Below, piece after piece: positions 16,497 to 26,600 of a DNA stretch of 45,520 nt. Where the stretch lies: positions 1 to 45,520 of the forward strand of contig JAZOAL010000166.1 in NCBI GenBank assembly GCA_045595425.1, written 5' to 3'. Position 1 is the stretch's first letter. Each line of letters begins with the position of its first letter. Below the pieces are notes generated by a model. That model was not told where the DNA came from. It made no database searches and saw only the letters and a list, made by a program, of their open reading frames with translations. The position numbers and the translations under genes are program-made. The DNA comes from Eubacteriales bacterium. Lineage in GTDB: Bacteria > Bacillota > Clostridia > Oscillospirales > CAG-272.

Positions 16497-18719
16497 TCAG
16501 AATCTGTCCCTGCACTGTGAGCGCAGTTTTTTTAATATATATGATTTGTCAAGATTTGCTTTGTCTGTTTTGAAATAGATCTCAAAACGGTAGTATCCGT
16601 CTTCCCCTTCCTCAACTCCGCAAACATTGAGCTCGCGGAAAACGGACAATATGAATTTCATTTTTATATAGCCTATATCCCCCTTCGGGCAAGCATCTCC
16701 GCGAAGCATGGAAAGAAGTATCTTTTCATTTATAGTGTCATGTCCTATTCGGCTTTCGCGCCGCAAAACATTATAAACAGCGGCAAAATCATCTCTTGTT
16801 GGAATAACATTTTCGGGATCGTCAAAATCTCCACCGCCTTTTATATATTCATAGCGGTAGATATCATTTTTAAGTGCAGTCTCAAAGCTCTCGGACAGCC
16901 TTATATCCTTAACTATCATCTGAACGCTTTTAACATTCTGATATTCGTTTATGTCAATATTGAAGAAAACATCGATACGATCGCCCTCTCTGAAATCAAA
17001 ATGCTGAGGAGACATACCGAAATACATTGCAGTAATATTTTTCCCTTCACGGGATAAAACAAGCTTTAAATGCTTGCCGGCTCCTATCGGGAATATTCTC
17101 TCAATTTTAGCATCGTACAAAATAAACGCAGGAACGGGATTTGCCGTACCGAAAGGCTCAAGAATACTGATTTCGGCAGCATTTTCAAGGGTAAGATCTC
17201 TCATTTCGATATTGCAATCTGCATCAAGACGAATATTCATCATTTCCTCGGAAATGTTTTTGCGGGCAAATTCGTTTATTTTCCCCTTAAAATCCGAGAG
17301 CTTGGCGCGCTCAACGGTAAGTCCCGCCGCCAGCTCATGTCCGCCGTATTTGACAAGACAATCGCTGCAATAGCTGAGAGCTTCAACAAGATTTAAGCCC
17401 TTAATGCTTCTGCCCGAACCCTTTCCCATATCATCATCGCCGGGAAAACCTCTGGTTGCACCGTCAAAGGAAATCAGAATAGACGGCAGACCGTATTTTT
17501 CTGTAATTCTTGAGGAAACTATTCCTATTATTCCCTGCTGCCAGCCATCGTCCTCTAAAACTATGACTTTTTCGTTTTTAAAATCAAATTCCTGTTCGAT
17601 TTTTTTATAAGCCTGCTCTGCGATTCTGTTTTCTTCAACCTGCCTCTGCCTGTTGATATCGCAAAGCTCAGCGGCAAGAGCGGCGGCACGCTCATCAGAA
17701 TCGGTAAGGAACAGCTCAACTGCTTTTGATGCGGAGCTGATTCGTCCTGCGGCATTTATCCTCGGCGCGATCCCGAAGCCTATGTAAGATGATGTTATTT
17801 TTCTTTTCTTTGCCGCGGCAGGCTTTGCGATCGCAGACGCAGAACGGGACTCGGACGGAGAATAATTTGCCGAGGCTTCAATAAGGGCAGCGAGACCTCG
17901 CCTCTTTGTTGTATTTATCTTTTCAAGACCATACATAACGATAACTCTGTTTTCATCAGTGATCGGCATAACATCGGCAATAGTTCCGATGGCGGCAAGG
18001 TCGGCATATTCTCTGAATATCTTTCTGATGCCGTTAAGACGGTCTTCGCCCTTTTCCTCTGCAAGGCGGCTTTCAAAGGCGCAAAGCAGCTTAAATACCA
18101 CCCCAACACCCGCAAGCTCTTTAAAAGGATAGCGGCAATCAGGCCTATGAGGATTGACCACAGCGCAAGCAGCCGGAAGTACCTCGCGGCACTCATGATG
18201 ATCGGTTATAACCATATCAATGCCAAGTGAATTTGCCAGATCGGTCTCCTCAACCGCAGTGATTCCTGTATCAACTGTGATAATGAGGCTTACGCCTTCT
18301 TTTGAGAGGCGTTCTACCGCCCCAACGGACACTCCGTAGCCCTCTCCGTCACGGCTTGGAATATAATATGAAACATTCGCACCCTTTTCGGAAAGATACA
18401 GGTAAAGACTGCTGACGGCGGTAACGCCGTCAACGTCATAGTCTCCGTATATTACTATTTTTTCATTTTCGTCAAGTGCCCGTCTGATTCTCGAAACCGC
18501 CTTCTCCATATCGGTGAAGGCAAAGGGATCATAAAGAGTGTTTGTTTCATTACAAAGAAACTTTCTGACAAGCTCAGGCGTGGTATATCCACGGTTATAA
18601 AGCAATTTTGCCGTTATTGCTCCCATTTTATTTGACTCGCATATGCTCTTCACCGCAGCATCGGAGTCATCGGAAGCGTTAAACAGCGTATTCCATATCT
18701 TTTCTCGTTTACTGTTCAT
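16497..18719 (-). CDS. recJ: Single-stranded DNA exonuclease RecJ
   Basis: YGDYDVDG, ITVDTG, TDHH, LAGVGV, GTIADV, PRINAAGR, GSGRS, GGHELAAG, EPFG. Confidence 0.96.
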   Translation of the reverse strand: MNSKREKIWNTLFNASDDSDAAVKSICESNKMGAITAKLLYNRGYTTPELVRKFLCNETNTLYDPFAFTDMEKAVSRIRRALDENEKIVIYGDYDVDGVTAVSSLYLYLSEKGANVSYYIPSRDGEGYGVSVGAVERLSKEGVSLIITVDTGITAVEETDLANSLGIDMVITDHHECREVLPAACAVVNPHRPDCRYPFKELAGVGVVFKLLCAFESRLAEEKGEDRLNGIRKIFREYADLAAIGTIADVMPITDENRVIVMYGLEKINTTKRRGLAALIEASANYSPSESRSASAIAKPAAAKKRKITSSYIGFGIAPRINAAGRISSASKAVELFLTDSDERAAALAAELCDINRQRQVEENRIAEQAYKKIEQEFDFKNEKVIVLEDDGWQQGIIGIVSSRITEKYGLPSILISFDGATRGFPGDDDMGKGSGRSIKGLNLVEALSYCSDCLVKYGGHELAAGLTVERAKLSDFKGKINEFARKNISEEMMNIRLDADCNIEMRDLTLENAAEISILEPFGTANPVPAFILYDAKIERIFPIGAGKHLKLVLSREGKNITAMYFGMSPQHFDFREGDRIDVFFNIDINEYQNVKSVQMIVKDIRLSESFETALKNDIYRYEYIKGGGDFDDPENVIPTRDDFAAVYNVLRRESRIGHDTINEKILLSMLRGDACPKGDIGYIKMKFILSVFRELNVCGVEEGEDGYYRFEIYFKTDKANLDKSYILKKLRSQCRDRF

Positions 18720-18770
18720 TTCTTTACACTTTCTGCAGCCCCAAGGTCATCTGCCCCTTAAAGCCGATAA

Positions 18771-19208
18771 TCAATCTTCTTTTTTCTTTTCAACAATCCT
18801 TATAATTTGGGCGTCGTATTTCTCACTGACCCTAAGCCTTGAATACAGACCGAGTCCGGCAAAGGTAAGCACAAATCCCCCGAAAGCCAATACATAACAC
18901 AAGGCTTCGGGAACAGATGCCATACTTGCCCCTCCGTAAAGAACAAGCATGACTGCAAGAGGCAGGATAAAAACGAGCATAGCATAAAAAAGTACCGTTT
19001 TCGTCTCGGTCTCTATCTCTACCGTATCACCCACCTCTGCGCCGACAGAATTTTTTGCCTTTGCGGATATTATTTTATTTGAACCCATGAGTGAACAGAC
19101 AGAGCACCCTTCGGCGTGCTTATGACAGCCCTCGCAGGCAGAGAGACGTTCACTCTCAACCAAAGCATATTTGTCTTCGACCTGCTTGACTTTTGCCTTT
19201 ACTCTCAT
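18771..19208 (-). CDS. RseC/MucC family (SoxR-reducing system) membrane protein
   Basis: R.SAC.GC....C..C cysteine motif, A.N..GA.VGD.V, two C-terminal TM helices. Confidence 0.8.
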   Translation of the reverse strand: MRVKAKVKQVEDKYALVESERLSACEGCHKHAEGCSVCSLMGSNKIISAKAKNSVGAEVGDTVEIETETKTVLFYAMLVFILPLAVMLVLYGGASMASVPEALCYVLAFGGFVLTFAGLGLYSRLRVSEKYDAQIIRIVEKKKED

Positions 19209-19259
19209 CAGGTTGTCTCCTGTTTTTTCAAAACGAATTTGTCCTTTGACAGATGAAAA

Positions 19260-20852
19260 TTATTCGATGGGCGCATATTTTGACATTATTGCCAATGCTA
19301 CCTTAATACCGTCAACTGCCGCGCTTGTGATTCCACCTGCATATCCCGCACCCTCACCGCAGGGATAAATTCCCTCTCGTCCGATAGCGCACATATCCTC
19401 GCCTCTGAGGATGCGCAACGGTGCAGATGTTCTCGTTTCAAATCCCGAAAGCACCGCATCACGGGCAGAAAAGCCCTCAATACGGCGTTCAAAGCTCATG
19501 ATACCGCGCTTCAGCTCACTTGTAATAAATCGCGGAAGCAGAGCCCCAAGCTCTGCAACTTTAAATTTTCCGCCTCCCATATAGGTAGGCATTATGCGTT
19601 TGGGCTCTGTCACTGCCTTGTCTTCAATAAAATCTCCAAAGGTCTGGATCGGAACATAATAATTCGAACCACCTGCAAGAAACGCGGCTCTCTCGATATT
19701 GCGCTGAAATTCAATGGCACCGGAAACGCTTCCGCCATAATCCTCTGTTCTGACAGAGACCGCAACAGCGGAATTTGCATTTTTGCCGTCTCTGGCAAAT
19801 CGGCTCATTCCGTTAACAACAACCCCGCCCTCTTCGCTGGCGGCGGCAACCACTTCACCTCCGGGACACATACAGAAAGTATAAACACCCCTATCTCCTG
19901 TTGTATCCGAGAGATTATATTCCCCTTTTCCCAGCTTGGGATGACCTGCATATTTGCCGAAAAGTGCCTTATCTATATCACTTTGCAGATGTTCAATACG
20001 AACACCGACGGAAAAAGGCTTAGGTTCGATCGCAAAGTCACGATCGAGCAGCATTTTATAAGTGTCTCTGGCACTGTGACCGAGAGCAAGAACTACCACT
20101 CCGCAGTCCATCTCACCCGAAGTCGTCTCGGCACGAAGACCTTTTATATCTTCGAGCTTTGTATTATATCTTATTTCACCGCCGCATTTTTCAATTGCCG
20201 AGGCGGCATTTGCCACAACCTCGCGCAAAATATCGGTGCCAATATGTGGCTTCGCCTTATATAGGATCTCATCGGGAGCTCCGAATTCATGCAGACGCTT
20301 CAAAACATATGAACATTTTTCATCGCTGATCCTTGTGACCAGCTTACCGTCCGAAAAGGTTCCGGCACCGCCTGCCCCGAATTGAATATTCGTGTTTAAA
20401 TCAAGAGTTCCATCGCGGTAAAAATGTTCAACCGCCTGGGTCCTCTCTTCAACGCGTGAGCCTCTCTCTAAAACTATCGGTGCATATCCGTTTTCCGCAA
20501 GGAGCAGTGCGCAAAATATGCCCGCCGGTCCAAGTCCCACCACAACAGGTCTGGCATGCAGTCTTTCGCTTCCCTGTTCGAAGCTTATCTCGTCTCTTGC
20601 GGCCTCCGAAATGCCGTATTTTTTCAGTCTGTCCTCACAAAGAGTTATATTCGATACTGTTTCGGCAATAACAGAGCAAACGCACATGATGCTCTCTCTA
20701 TGCCTTGCATCTATCGAACGCTTGTAAATCTTAAAGGAGAAATCACGGCTGCAAAGGCCTGCTCTTTTGACCTTCAGCTTCGCCTCGGAAATAAATTCTT
20801 CCTCCGAAGCGTCAAAGGGCCGCTTTATATTGCTTATAATTATGCGTTTCAT
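19260..20852 (-). CDS. FAD-dependent oxidoreductase (uncharacterised family)
   Basis: VVVGLGPAG, QFG.GGAGTFSDGKL, KPHIGTD, GHSARDT, FCMCPGG, ETRTS.P, GEGAGYAGGI.SAA.DG. Confidence 0.88.
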   Translation of the reverse strand: MKRIIISNIKRPFDASEEEFISEAKLKVKRAGLCSRDFSFKIYKRSIDARHRESIMCVCSVIAETVSNITLCEDRLKKYGISEAARDEISFEQGSERLHARPVVVGLGPAGIFCALLLAENGYAPIVLERGSRVEERTQAVEHFYRDGTLDLNTNIQFGAGGAGTFSDGKLVTRISDEKCSYVLKRLHEFGAPDEILYKAKPHIGTDILREVVANAASAIEKCGGEIRYNTKLEDIKGLRAETTSGEMDCGVVVLALGHSARDTYKMLLDRDFAIEPKPFSVGVRIEHLQSDIDKALFGKYAGHPKLGKGEYNLSDTTGDRGVYTFCMCPGGEVVAAASEEGGVVVNGMSRFARDGKNANSAVAVSVRTEDYGGSVSGAIEFQRNIERAAFLAGGSNYYVPIQTFGDFIEDKAVTEPKRIMPTYMGGGKFKVAELGALLPRFITSELKRGIMSFERRIEGFSARDAVLSGFETRTSAPLRILRGEDMCAIGREGIYPCGEGAGYAGGITSAAVDGIKVALAIMSKYAPIE

Positions 20853-22162
20853 TTATTTTCTGTTATATCAGCTTTGATCTTTTTGATATCTATCGGATAG
20901 AGGGTAAAATCCACATCTCTGACGGTAATTTTCGGAGTAAGCTCATGATAACCGCCAAGGCCGACAACTGCAGCCGAAAGATCGATCTCAACAGCAAAAT
21001 CTTCTGCACTTACTTTTTTAGCAGAAGCCGCATCAACAATACATTCCAGCTTATAGACATCGTCATGAAAGCTATAAGTATAGCTGTCTGCATTTTTCAC
21101 GGAAATATTATCATGCGGTATCTCCAGAGTAAGATTTGTACAGTTCAGAAGCTCAACATCGACATCAAAACCTTCGATTCCGTTAACATCGGTAACCCCC
21201 TCGGGAAGACGGGGACTGACAGCAAAATTTATCTTGTCATTGATCTTTGTGAGCTTGGTTTCATCCAGCTCGATTATTGAAAGATCTTCGATATCGCTTA
21301 AAATCATAGGATCTCCGCGCAGAGTGATCTCCGCAGGTGTCACTTTGACCTTTAGATTTTTATCCCGAATATTGCCGTATTTATAGGTATAGGTCAGCGG
21401 AACGGTCTTTTCGCTGTAGACATCCACCTCAACAACCACATCCTTTACAGTTGAAGTTATGTAAGCAGATTCTATCTTCTCCCCTGTTTCATCAACCAGT
21501 TCAAGAGGCGCGTTTGTGGTAATGCTTGTTGTTATAAGATCTCCGAGCTCAGGAATCGCGCGAGCCTCTTTCACCCTTTCCACAATAGTCTTTGCACCGG
21601 TGATCATAACAGTATCGATATTTGTTGACAGTACATAATCATATTCTGAAATAAGAGTAGAGTTGTGATCGACCGAAACCGGAATATCAACTTCAACCCT
21701 TTCGTCAATAAAGGTCTTTACACTTGATGGTGTAACAACAGAATCAAGCTTATTTATTCCCTTAACAGAAACAGAAAGGCGAACATTACCGGCTTTTGTA
21801 ACCTCACCCACATCGATATAAGCAACTATATCTTCATCGGTAAGGGCGTCAACCTTATTTTTTGCACCTTCAACAGTGACGCTCACGATTTTATCCTCAA
21901 GTCCGAAAACCGTAAGATTATTTCTCATAAGTGCAGATTCGCCTTCCACCACAACGCTGACATTATCAAAGCGGCGAATGGATGTTTCAGTGCTGCTCTG
22001 CGAAACATTCGCCCAAATGAATATCGCGCAAAGCAGGCAAGCGACATAAATCAGAGTTGAGGTGAGCCTGATAGAAAGTCCGCCAACCTTAAAAGTCTGT
22101 TTCTCAAGACGGCTTTTTGCCGCATCGACTTTTTCACGAAGATTATTACTATTATATTTCAT
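20849..22162 (-). CDS. cdaR: CdaR/YbbR-domain regulator of diadenylate cyclase
   Basis: N-terminal TM (CLLCAIFIWANV), repeated V.V.G / P..I.L.G YbbR-like units, directly downstream of cdaA; start taken at ATG 22162 behind AAAGGGGG (alternative 22180). Confidence 0.8.
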   Translation of the reverse strand: MKYNSNNLREKVDAAKSRLEKQTFKVGGLSIRLTSTLIYVACLLCAIFIWANVSQSSTETSIRRFDNVSVVVEGESALMRNNLTVFGLEDKIVSVTVEGAKNKVDALTDEDIVAYIDVGEVTKAGNVRLSVSVKGINKLDSVVTPSSVKTFIDERVEVDIPVSVDHNSTLISEYDYVLSTNIDTVMITGAKTIVERVKEARAIPELGDLITTSITTNAPLELVDETGEKIESAYITSTVKDVVVEVDVYSEKTVPLTYTYKYGNIRDKNLKVKVTPAEITLRGDPMILSDIEDLSIIELDETKLTKINDKINFAVSPRLPEGVTDVNGIEGFDVDVELLNCTNLTLEIPHDNISVKNADSYTYSFHDDVYKLECIVDAASAKKVSAEDFAVEIDLSAAVVGLGGYHELTPKITVRDVDFTLYPIDIKKIKADITENK

Positions 22163-22179
22163 GTGCCCGCCCCCTTTCA

Positions 22180-23073
22180 TTATCTTGATGCTCCTGATTT
22201 CTCTTTGGTTTTATCCTTTTTGTTATGAAATTTATCCTCCGATGATACCAAGAGTTCGTTGCAAAGCAATTTATAAAGCTCATCCGAACTCACATTATGA
22301 TGGAGGTCGCCGTCAATGGCATATGAGATCCGACCGGTCTCCTCAGAGACTATAACAGCAATACAGTCGTTTCCGTTTTCAGTTGCACCAACTCCCGCTT
22401 TATGTCTCGATCCCAGATCAAGAGCCAGATTCGGGTTATTTGAAATCTCATCAAAAAGCACTCTTGCCTTTAAAAGTCTGAAATCGCGAATGACTACAGC
22501 ACCGTCATGAAGGGGTGAATTTTTGAAAAAAATGTTTTCGATAAGTTCATATGAAATATCACTGTTAAGGTTGACTGCCTTCATTTCATCATAAGCATTC
22601 AGCTCTTTTTCCCGCTGAAAAATGATCAGTGCTCCCACGCAGTGCTTGGACATATCACTAAGTGCATTACAAACAGTTCCGATTATAACCACCTGTTCAT
22701 TTTCATCGAGCAGAAGTTTTTTCACTCCGAAACGCTTGCCGGCATATCCGACATTTTCGAGCAAGGTGCGTATCTCCGGCTGGAAAATAACAACTATCGC
22801 AATAAGACCAAACTGCATAACCGTTTCAAGAACAAAAAACGTTGCGCGGAGATTAAGCAGATAAGAAACCATTACAAGCAACAGAACTGCAAAAATTCCA
22901 ACAAAAAGTCTGCCCGATCTTTTTCGCATGATACCCAAAAGGAACTTCACACATATATACAAAAGGAGCGAAAGCACAAAAATATCAACAATATTGAGGA
23001 TCACCCGAAGGATTCCCGATTTAGAACTGAGTTCAGATATCCAATATGACAAGTTTTCTCTAAAATTTGACAT
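22180..23073 (-). CDS. cdaA: Diadenylate cyclase CdaA/DacA
   Basis: Three TM helices, IVVIFQPEIR, GALI, NIFFKNSPLHDGAVVI, LGSRHKA, VSEETG.IS.A..G. Confidence 0.92.
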   Translation of the reverse strand: MSNFRENLSYWISELSSKSGILRVILNIVDIFVLSLLLYICVKFLLGIMRKRSGRLFVGIFAVLLLVMVSYLLNLRATFFVLETVMQFGLIAIVVIFQPEIRTLLENVGYAGKRFGVKKLLLDENEQVVIIGTVCNALSDMSKHCVGALIIFQREKELNAYDEMKAVNLNSDISYELIENIFFKNSPLHDGAVVIRDFRLLKARVLFDEISNNPNLALDLGSRHKAGVGATENGNDCIAVIVSEETGRISYAIDGDLHHNVSSDELYKLLCNELLVSSEDKFHNKKDKTKEKSGASR

Positions 23074-23126
23074 TCAAAGCACCTCCGCCGGAAGATATAA
23101 TACGCGATTATAATTATATACCATAT

Positions 23127-23155
23127 ATTATAACACATATTATCTTATTTTTCAA
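23127..23155 (-). promoter_or_regulatory. sigma-A promoter of the cdaA operon
   Basis: Minus strand TTGAAA-N17-TATAAT with TGn. Confidence 0.6.
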
Positions 23156-23265
23156 ATAAAAATTGAAAATAATTTTGTTTTTTTCACAGAAACAATTTGG
23201 TATGTTTGAAAAACTTAAAATTTAACTGCTGACAATGATTTTACGAACTGTTAGTTAAGGTAACT

Positions 23266-23351
23266 AAGCCTCAGAAAATAAGGCACTCACCAAAAAGTCA
23301 TCCCTCGGTAGGTTCGGGATGACTTTTCGGTGAACACTAATTTTGCGGCTT
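23266..23351. repeat. Long hairpin with GTCATCC/GGATGAC core
   Basis: TCACCAAAAAGTCATCCC (23287-23304) pairs with GGGATGACTTTTCGGTGA (23316-23333) at 17/18; outer AAGCC/GGCTT arms. Confidence 0.7.
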
Positions 23352-23399
23352 TCTGTAACGAAAAAAGGATTTTAGAAAGCAAAAATTTAGTTTTTCCAC

Positions 23400-23536
23400 A
23401 TGAGATCCTTAACTACGTTCAGGATGACAATTGGGTTTGTTTATTTATCTTTCTACGGTGAATTATCTGATTTTTTATGTAGTAAAAGCGACAAATGAGC
23501 ACCATCTGTCATCCTGAAAGGCGCGAAGGATCTCAT
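23400..23536. repeat. Pair of inverted 30-bp REP-like palindromic repeats
   Basis: ATGAGATCCTT-aactacg-TTCAGGATGACA (23400-23429) and TGTCATCCTGAA-aggcgcg-AAGGATCTCAT (23507-23536) are inverted copies (11- and 12-bp arms identical) around a 77-bp spacer; each copy is itself a small hairpin. Confidence 0.75.
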
Positions 23537-23577
23537 TGGCTGTAAGTTACTTCTCAAATTACTTTTACAGCTCCGAC

Positions 23578-23622
23578 GACAAACAAAGCCCCGCGAAAAA
23601 TTCGCGGGGCAAAATGTTTGTC
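23578..23622 (-). terminator. Intrinsic terminator of the giant LRR gene
   Basis: GCCCCGCGAA-AAA-TTCGCGGGGC core with GACAAACA/TGTTTGTC extension; the minus strand continues TTTGTTT. Confidence 0.75.
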
Positions 23623-23627
23623 AGAGA

Positions 23628-26600
23628 TCAGGCTGCGGCGCTGTTTGCCTCTCTGAATCTAAGGATGTCGAGCCAGCAGACATTGGTTGAAAGATCTGTT
23701 CCATCGTCTACGATGTTCTGACAAAGAGTTTCGAGAGACATGCTGTTATAGCTGTTTCCGTTATCATCAAGAAGGTCAGCATATGCGATATACTGATTGC
23801 CTTCCTTATCGGCGAAGATAACATACCCTCTTGAGGTTATCTCTCTATTATAGTTGTTAGCATTAAAATGAGTTACGGTATAAGCATACGTCACCGAAGC
23901 ATCATCTTGCGAAAGTATGCGCGAAACAATATTGCCGTCTTTATAAACAGCAACCTTTCTTGCATAGGAGTGGGTTACTATAGCACCTGTCTCGTCTTCC
24001 CAAACAATAAGCTCATCACCGTTTGCGGTAAGCTTTTCTGTAGATGCGAGCATGCTTCCGTATTCAACAACGGTCAAGCCGCTTGCCGCACGGGAGCTTA
24101 TCTCTGCAAGATTTGCATTATAGATCGAGCGGAGACCGTTATAGTCGCTTTCTCTTATCCGGAAGCCCTCAAAGGTTAGAACTTCTGCCGCATCGATCGG
24201 GATAAATGTAAGTCCCTTTGCTTCTGCATATGTCTCGGCTGTAGAGTCCTTATAACCAATAATGGTTGAGAGCTTCGAGGCACCCCTGAAAGGATCATAG
24301 CTTGCAAGATTGGGGAATACAAGATCGGGGTTCTCAACAAGAACCGTCGTCAGAGAATTGACGGAGACGTTAAAGGGAACCTGATCGAGCTTTGTTACAC
24401 CCTTGGGAATTCTGATATACTCAACATTTGTGCACTGGAAGAACAGATTGTTACCCCATGTACCTGTGAGATCATCGGAGAGCAGGATCGATGTTGCTCT
24501 TACATGTGCCAGGCACATACCGCCAAGGCTTGTGACATTCCTCAGGTCAACAACTCCGGTCTCGGGCTCATTGCCTGTGATATAGAGAGTTGCAACTCTT
24601 GAACCGTTGAACGCACTGTCTCCAAGACTTGTGAGCGACGCGGGAACTTCAACGGTCACAAGACCTGTGTGAGTAGCAAAGGTTGCATCGATGGAAACAA
24701 GCTCCGGATTGACAAACACAACCTTCTTGATCAAGGTCTTGATCTCATTCCATGGTCTGTTTTCGCCATTGCCTGTAGAACTGCTGATCGCATTATCATA
24801 GGTTGTATAACCCATATTGAATTCTGCAGCAGAGCCTGTGCCGAACGCATGATATTCTGTGCCGCTTATCTTTGCGATGATAACAGCAGAATTATCCTTT
24901 GTATAATAGTTATATACCTCAGGAACCAATGCACTGTCGATAAACCGGATGCCGAGCTCACTTGCAAGTGTTTCGCCTGTAGAGCCATCTGCGGCAATAA
25001 CAGTTGCATTTGCATTTATGCCGGAGAAGCTACTGCTTTTATAAGTGAAGCTGTTGCTGTTAAACTTAATGTAAACAAGCTTACCTGCTTTAATGAATGA
25101 ATTTTCTTCGATTGAAGTAACGGAAGCAGGAATTTCAACGCTTTCAAGCCTGGATGCTGACGCAGAATTAGAACCGAAGGTATAAGTTCCTATGCTTGTC
25201 AGCTTATCGCTGAGAAGGATCTTTGTGAACTTATGACAATAGAATACATATCCGCCAATGGTTGAAACATTTGTAAGATTTGCAACACCCGCCTCGGGGG
25301 TCTGACCTGTTGTATAGGCGGTTCTAAGGGCTGTCATGCCGTTAAACGCATCATTATTGAGCGCTGTCATGTTGGCATGAAGCTCAAGCTCTGTTGCCGG
25401 AATGCTCTGGAACATATATCCGGAAATAGTTGTAATATTGGGAGCGCTGAACTTGATCTTGGTAATCTTGCTGCTGTACTCATAGTAATTGGTTGTTTGA
25501 TATGCTTTTGTAGAAACAAAGCCTGCATATCCCGCGGCAAGATATTCACCTTCGGTGCTCATAGCCTGAGCCTTCACACCTGTACCGTAGATATCCATTG
25601 TGTAGGTCTCGCCGTCCTCGTTGAGAAGTATACGGAAATAGAGATCTTCACCGATAGGCATATCGGTGACAATGGCATCAACTGAAACATCCTCCTCATA
25701 TGCCTCAAAGGGGATGCTGTTCTTTATAGCATAGGCTTCGGCAGTCGAGCCCTCGGGAGCAACGATCAGCTCAAGCCCTGTAAGCTCTGCCGCAAAGCTC
25801 ATATCAAGAGAAGAATTCTTCACCGTAAGCGATGCCAGATTTGTACAGCCATAAAAAGCTGTCGCGTCAACGCTTGTAAGAGATGCGGGCAAGGTAATGG
25901 AGGTAAGAGCACTACATTTATAGAAGGCCTGATTGCCGATTGAAGTAAGAGATTCGGGAATATTGATCTCGGCAAGCTTTTTACAGCTATGGAACACCTG
26001 CTTGCCTAAGGCTTTAACGCTGTCATTCAGAATAACCTTTGCGACAGCTGTTTGAACCATAGAATAATCTCCGATAACTGTGAGATTGGAAAGGTTTGCG
26101 GTTCCTGCCTCGGGGGTCTGACCCTTTGTGTAAATGCAGGTCAATCCGGACATTCCGTGGAATGCTATTGTATTTGCACCCGTATAAGCCTCGGGAAGCT
26201 CAATTGTTGTACATTTATTTACAAATGTGAGAGAATAATTCTGAATAGATTTTATCGGAGCTTCGATAACCATCTTTTTGATGCTGTCGCGATAAGGATA
26301 ATACTGCGCTTTTGACCAGTTGGCCTCTGTCCAAGCCGACGAAGGAGCCACCTTATTGCCGTCATCGTCCTGAGCATACATAGCTGTGCCGGTACCGCTT
26401 ACTGTGAAAACTCCTGTTTTGGTATCAAGATGCCAATAAACATCATCACCCATAGTACCTACCGCACCAAGGTTTGTAAATGTGAAGCCATTATTCGCAG
26501 CAAATGTCTTTGCATAAGCGTTATCATAGCTGACGATTGCAGAACCTTTACCAATAGCGGCAGTGTCGATTGCCCCAACAGACTTCGGAAGATTTACTGT

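Noticed and set aside
23074-23627. c-di-AMP riboswitch or CRISPR array in the long intergenic region
   Set aside because: No ydaO-type consensus was recognised, the structures lie upstream of the predicted cdaA promoter, and the repeats are inverted, not regularly spaced direct repeats.
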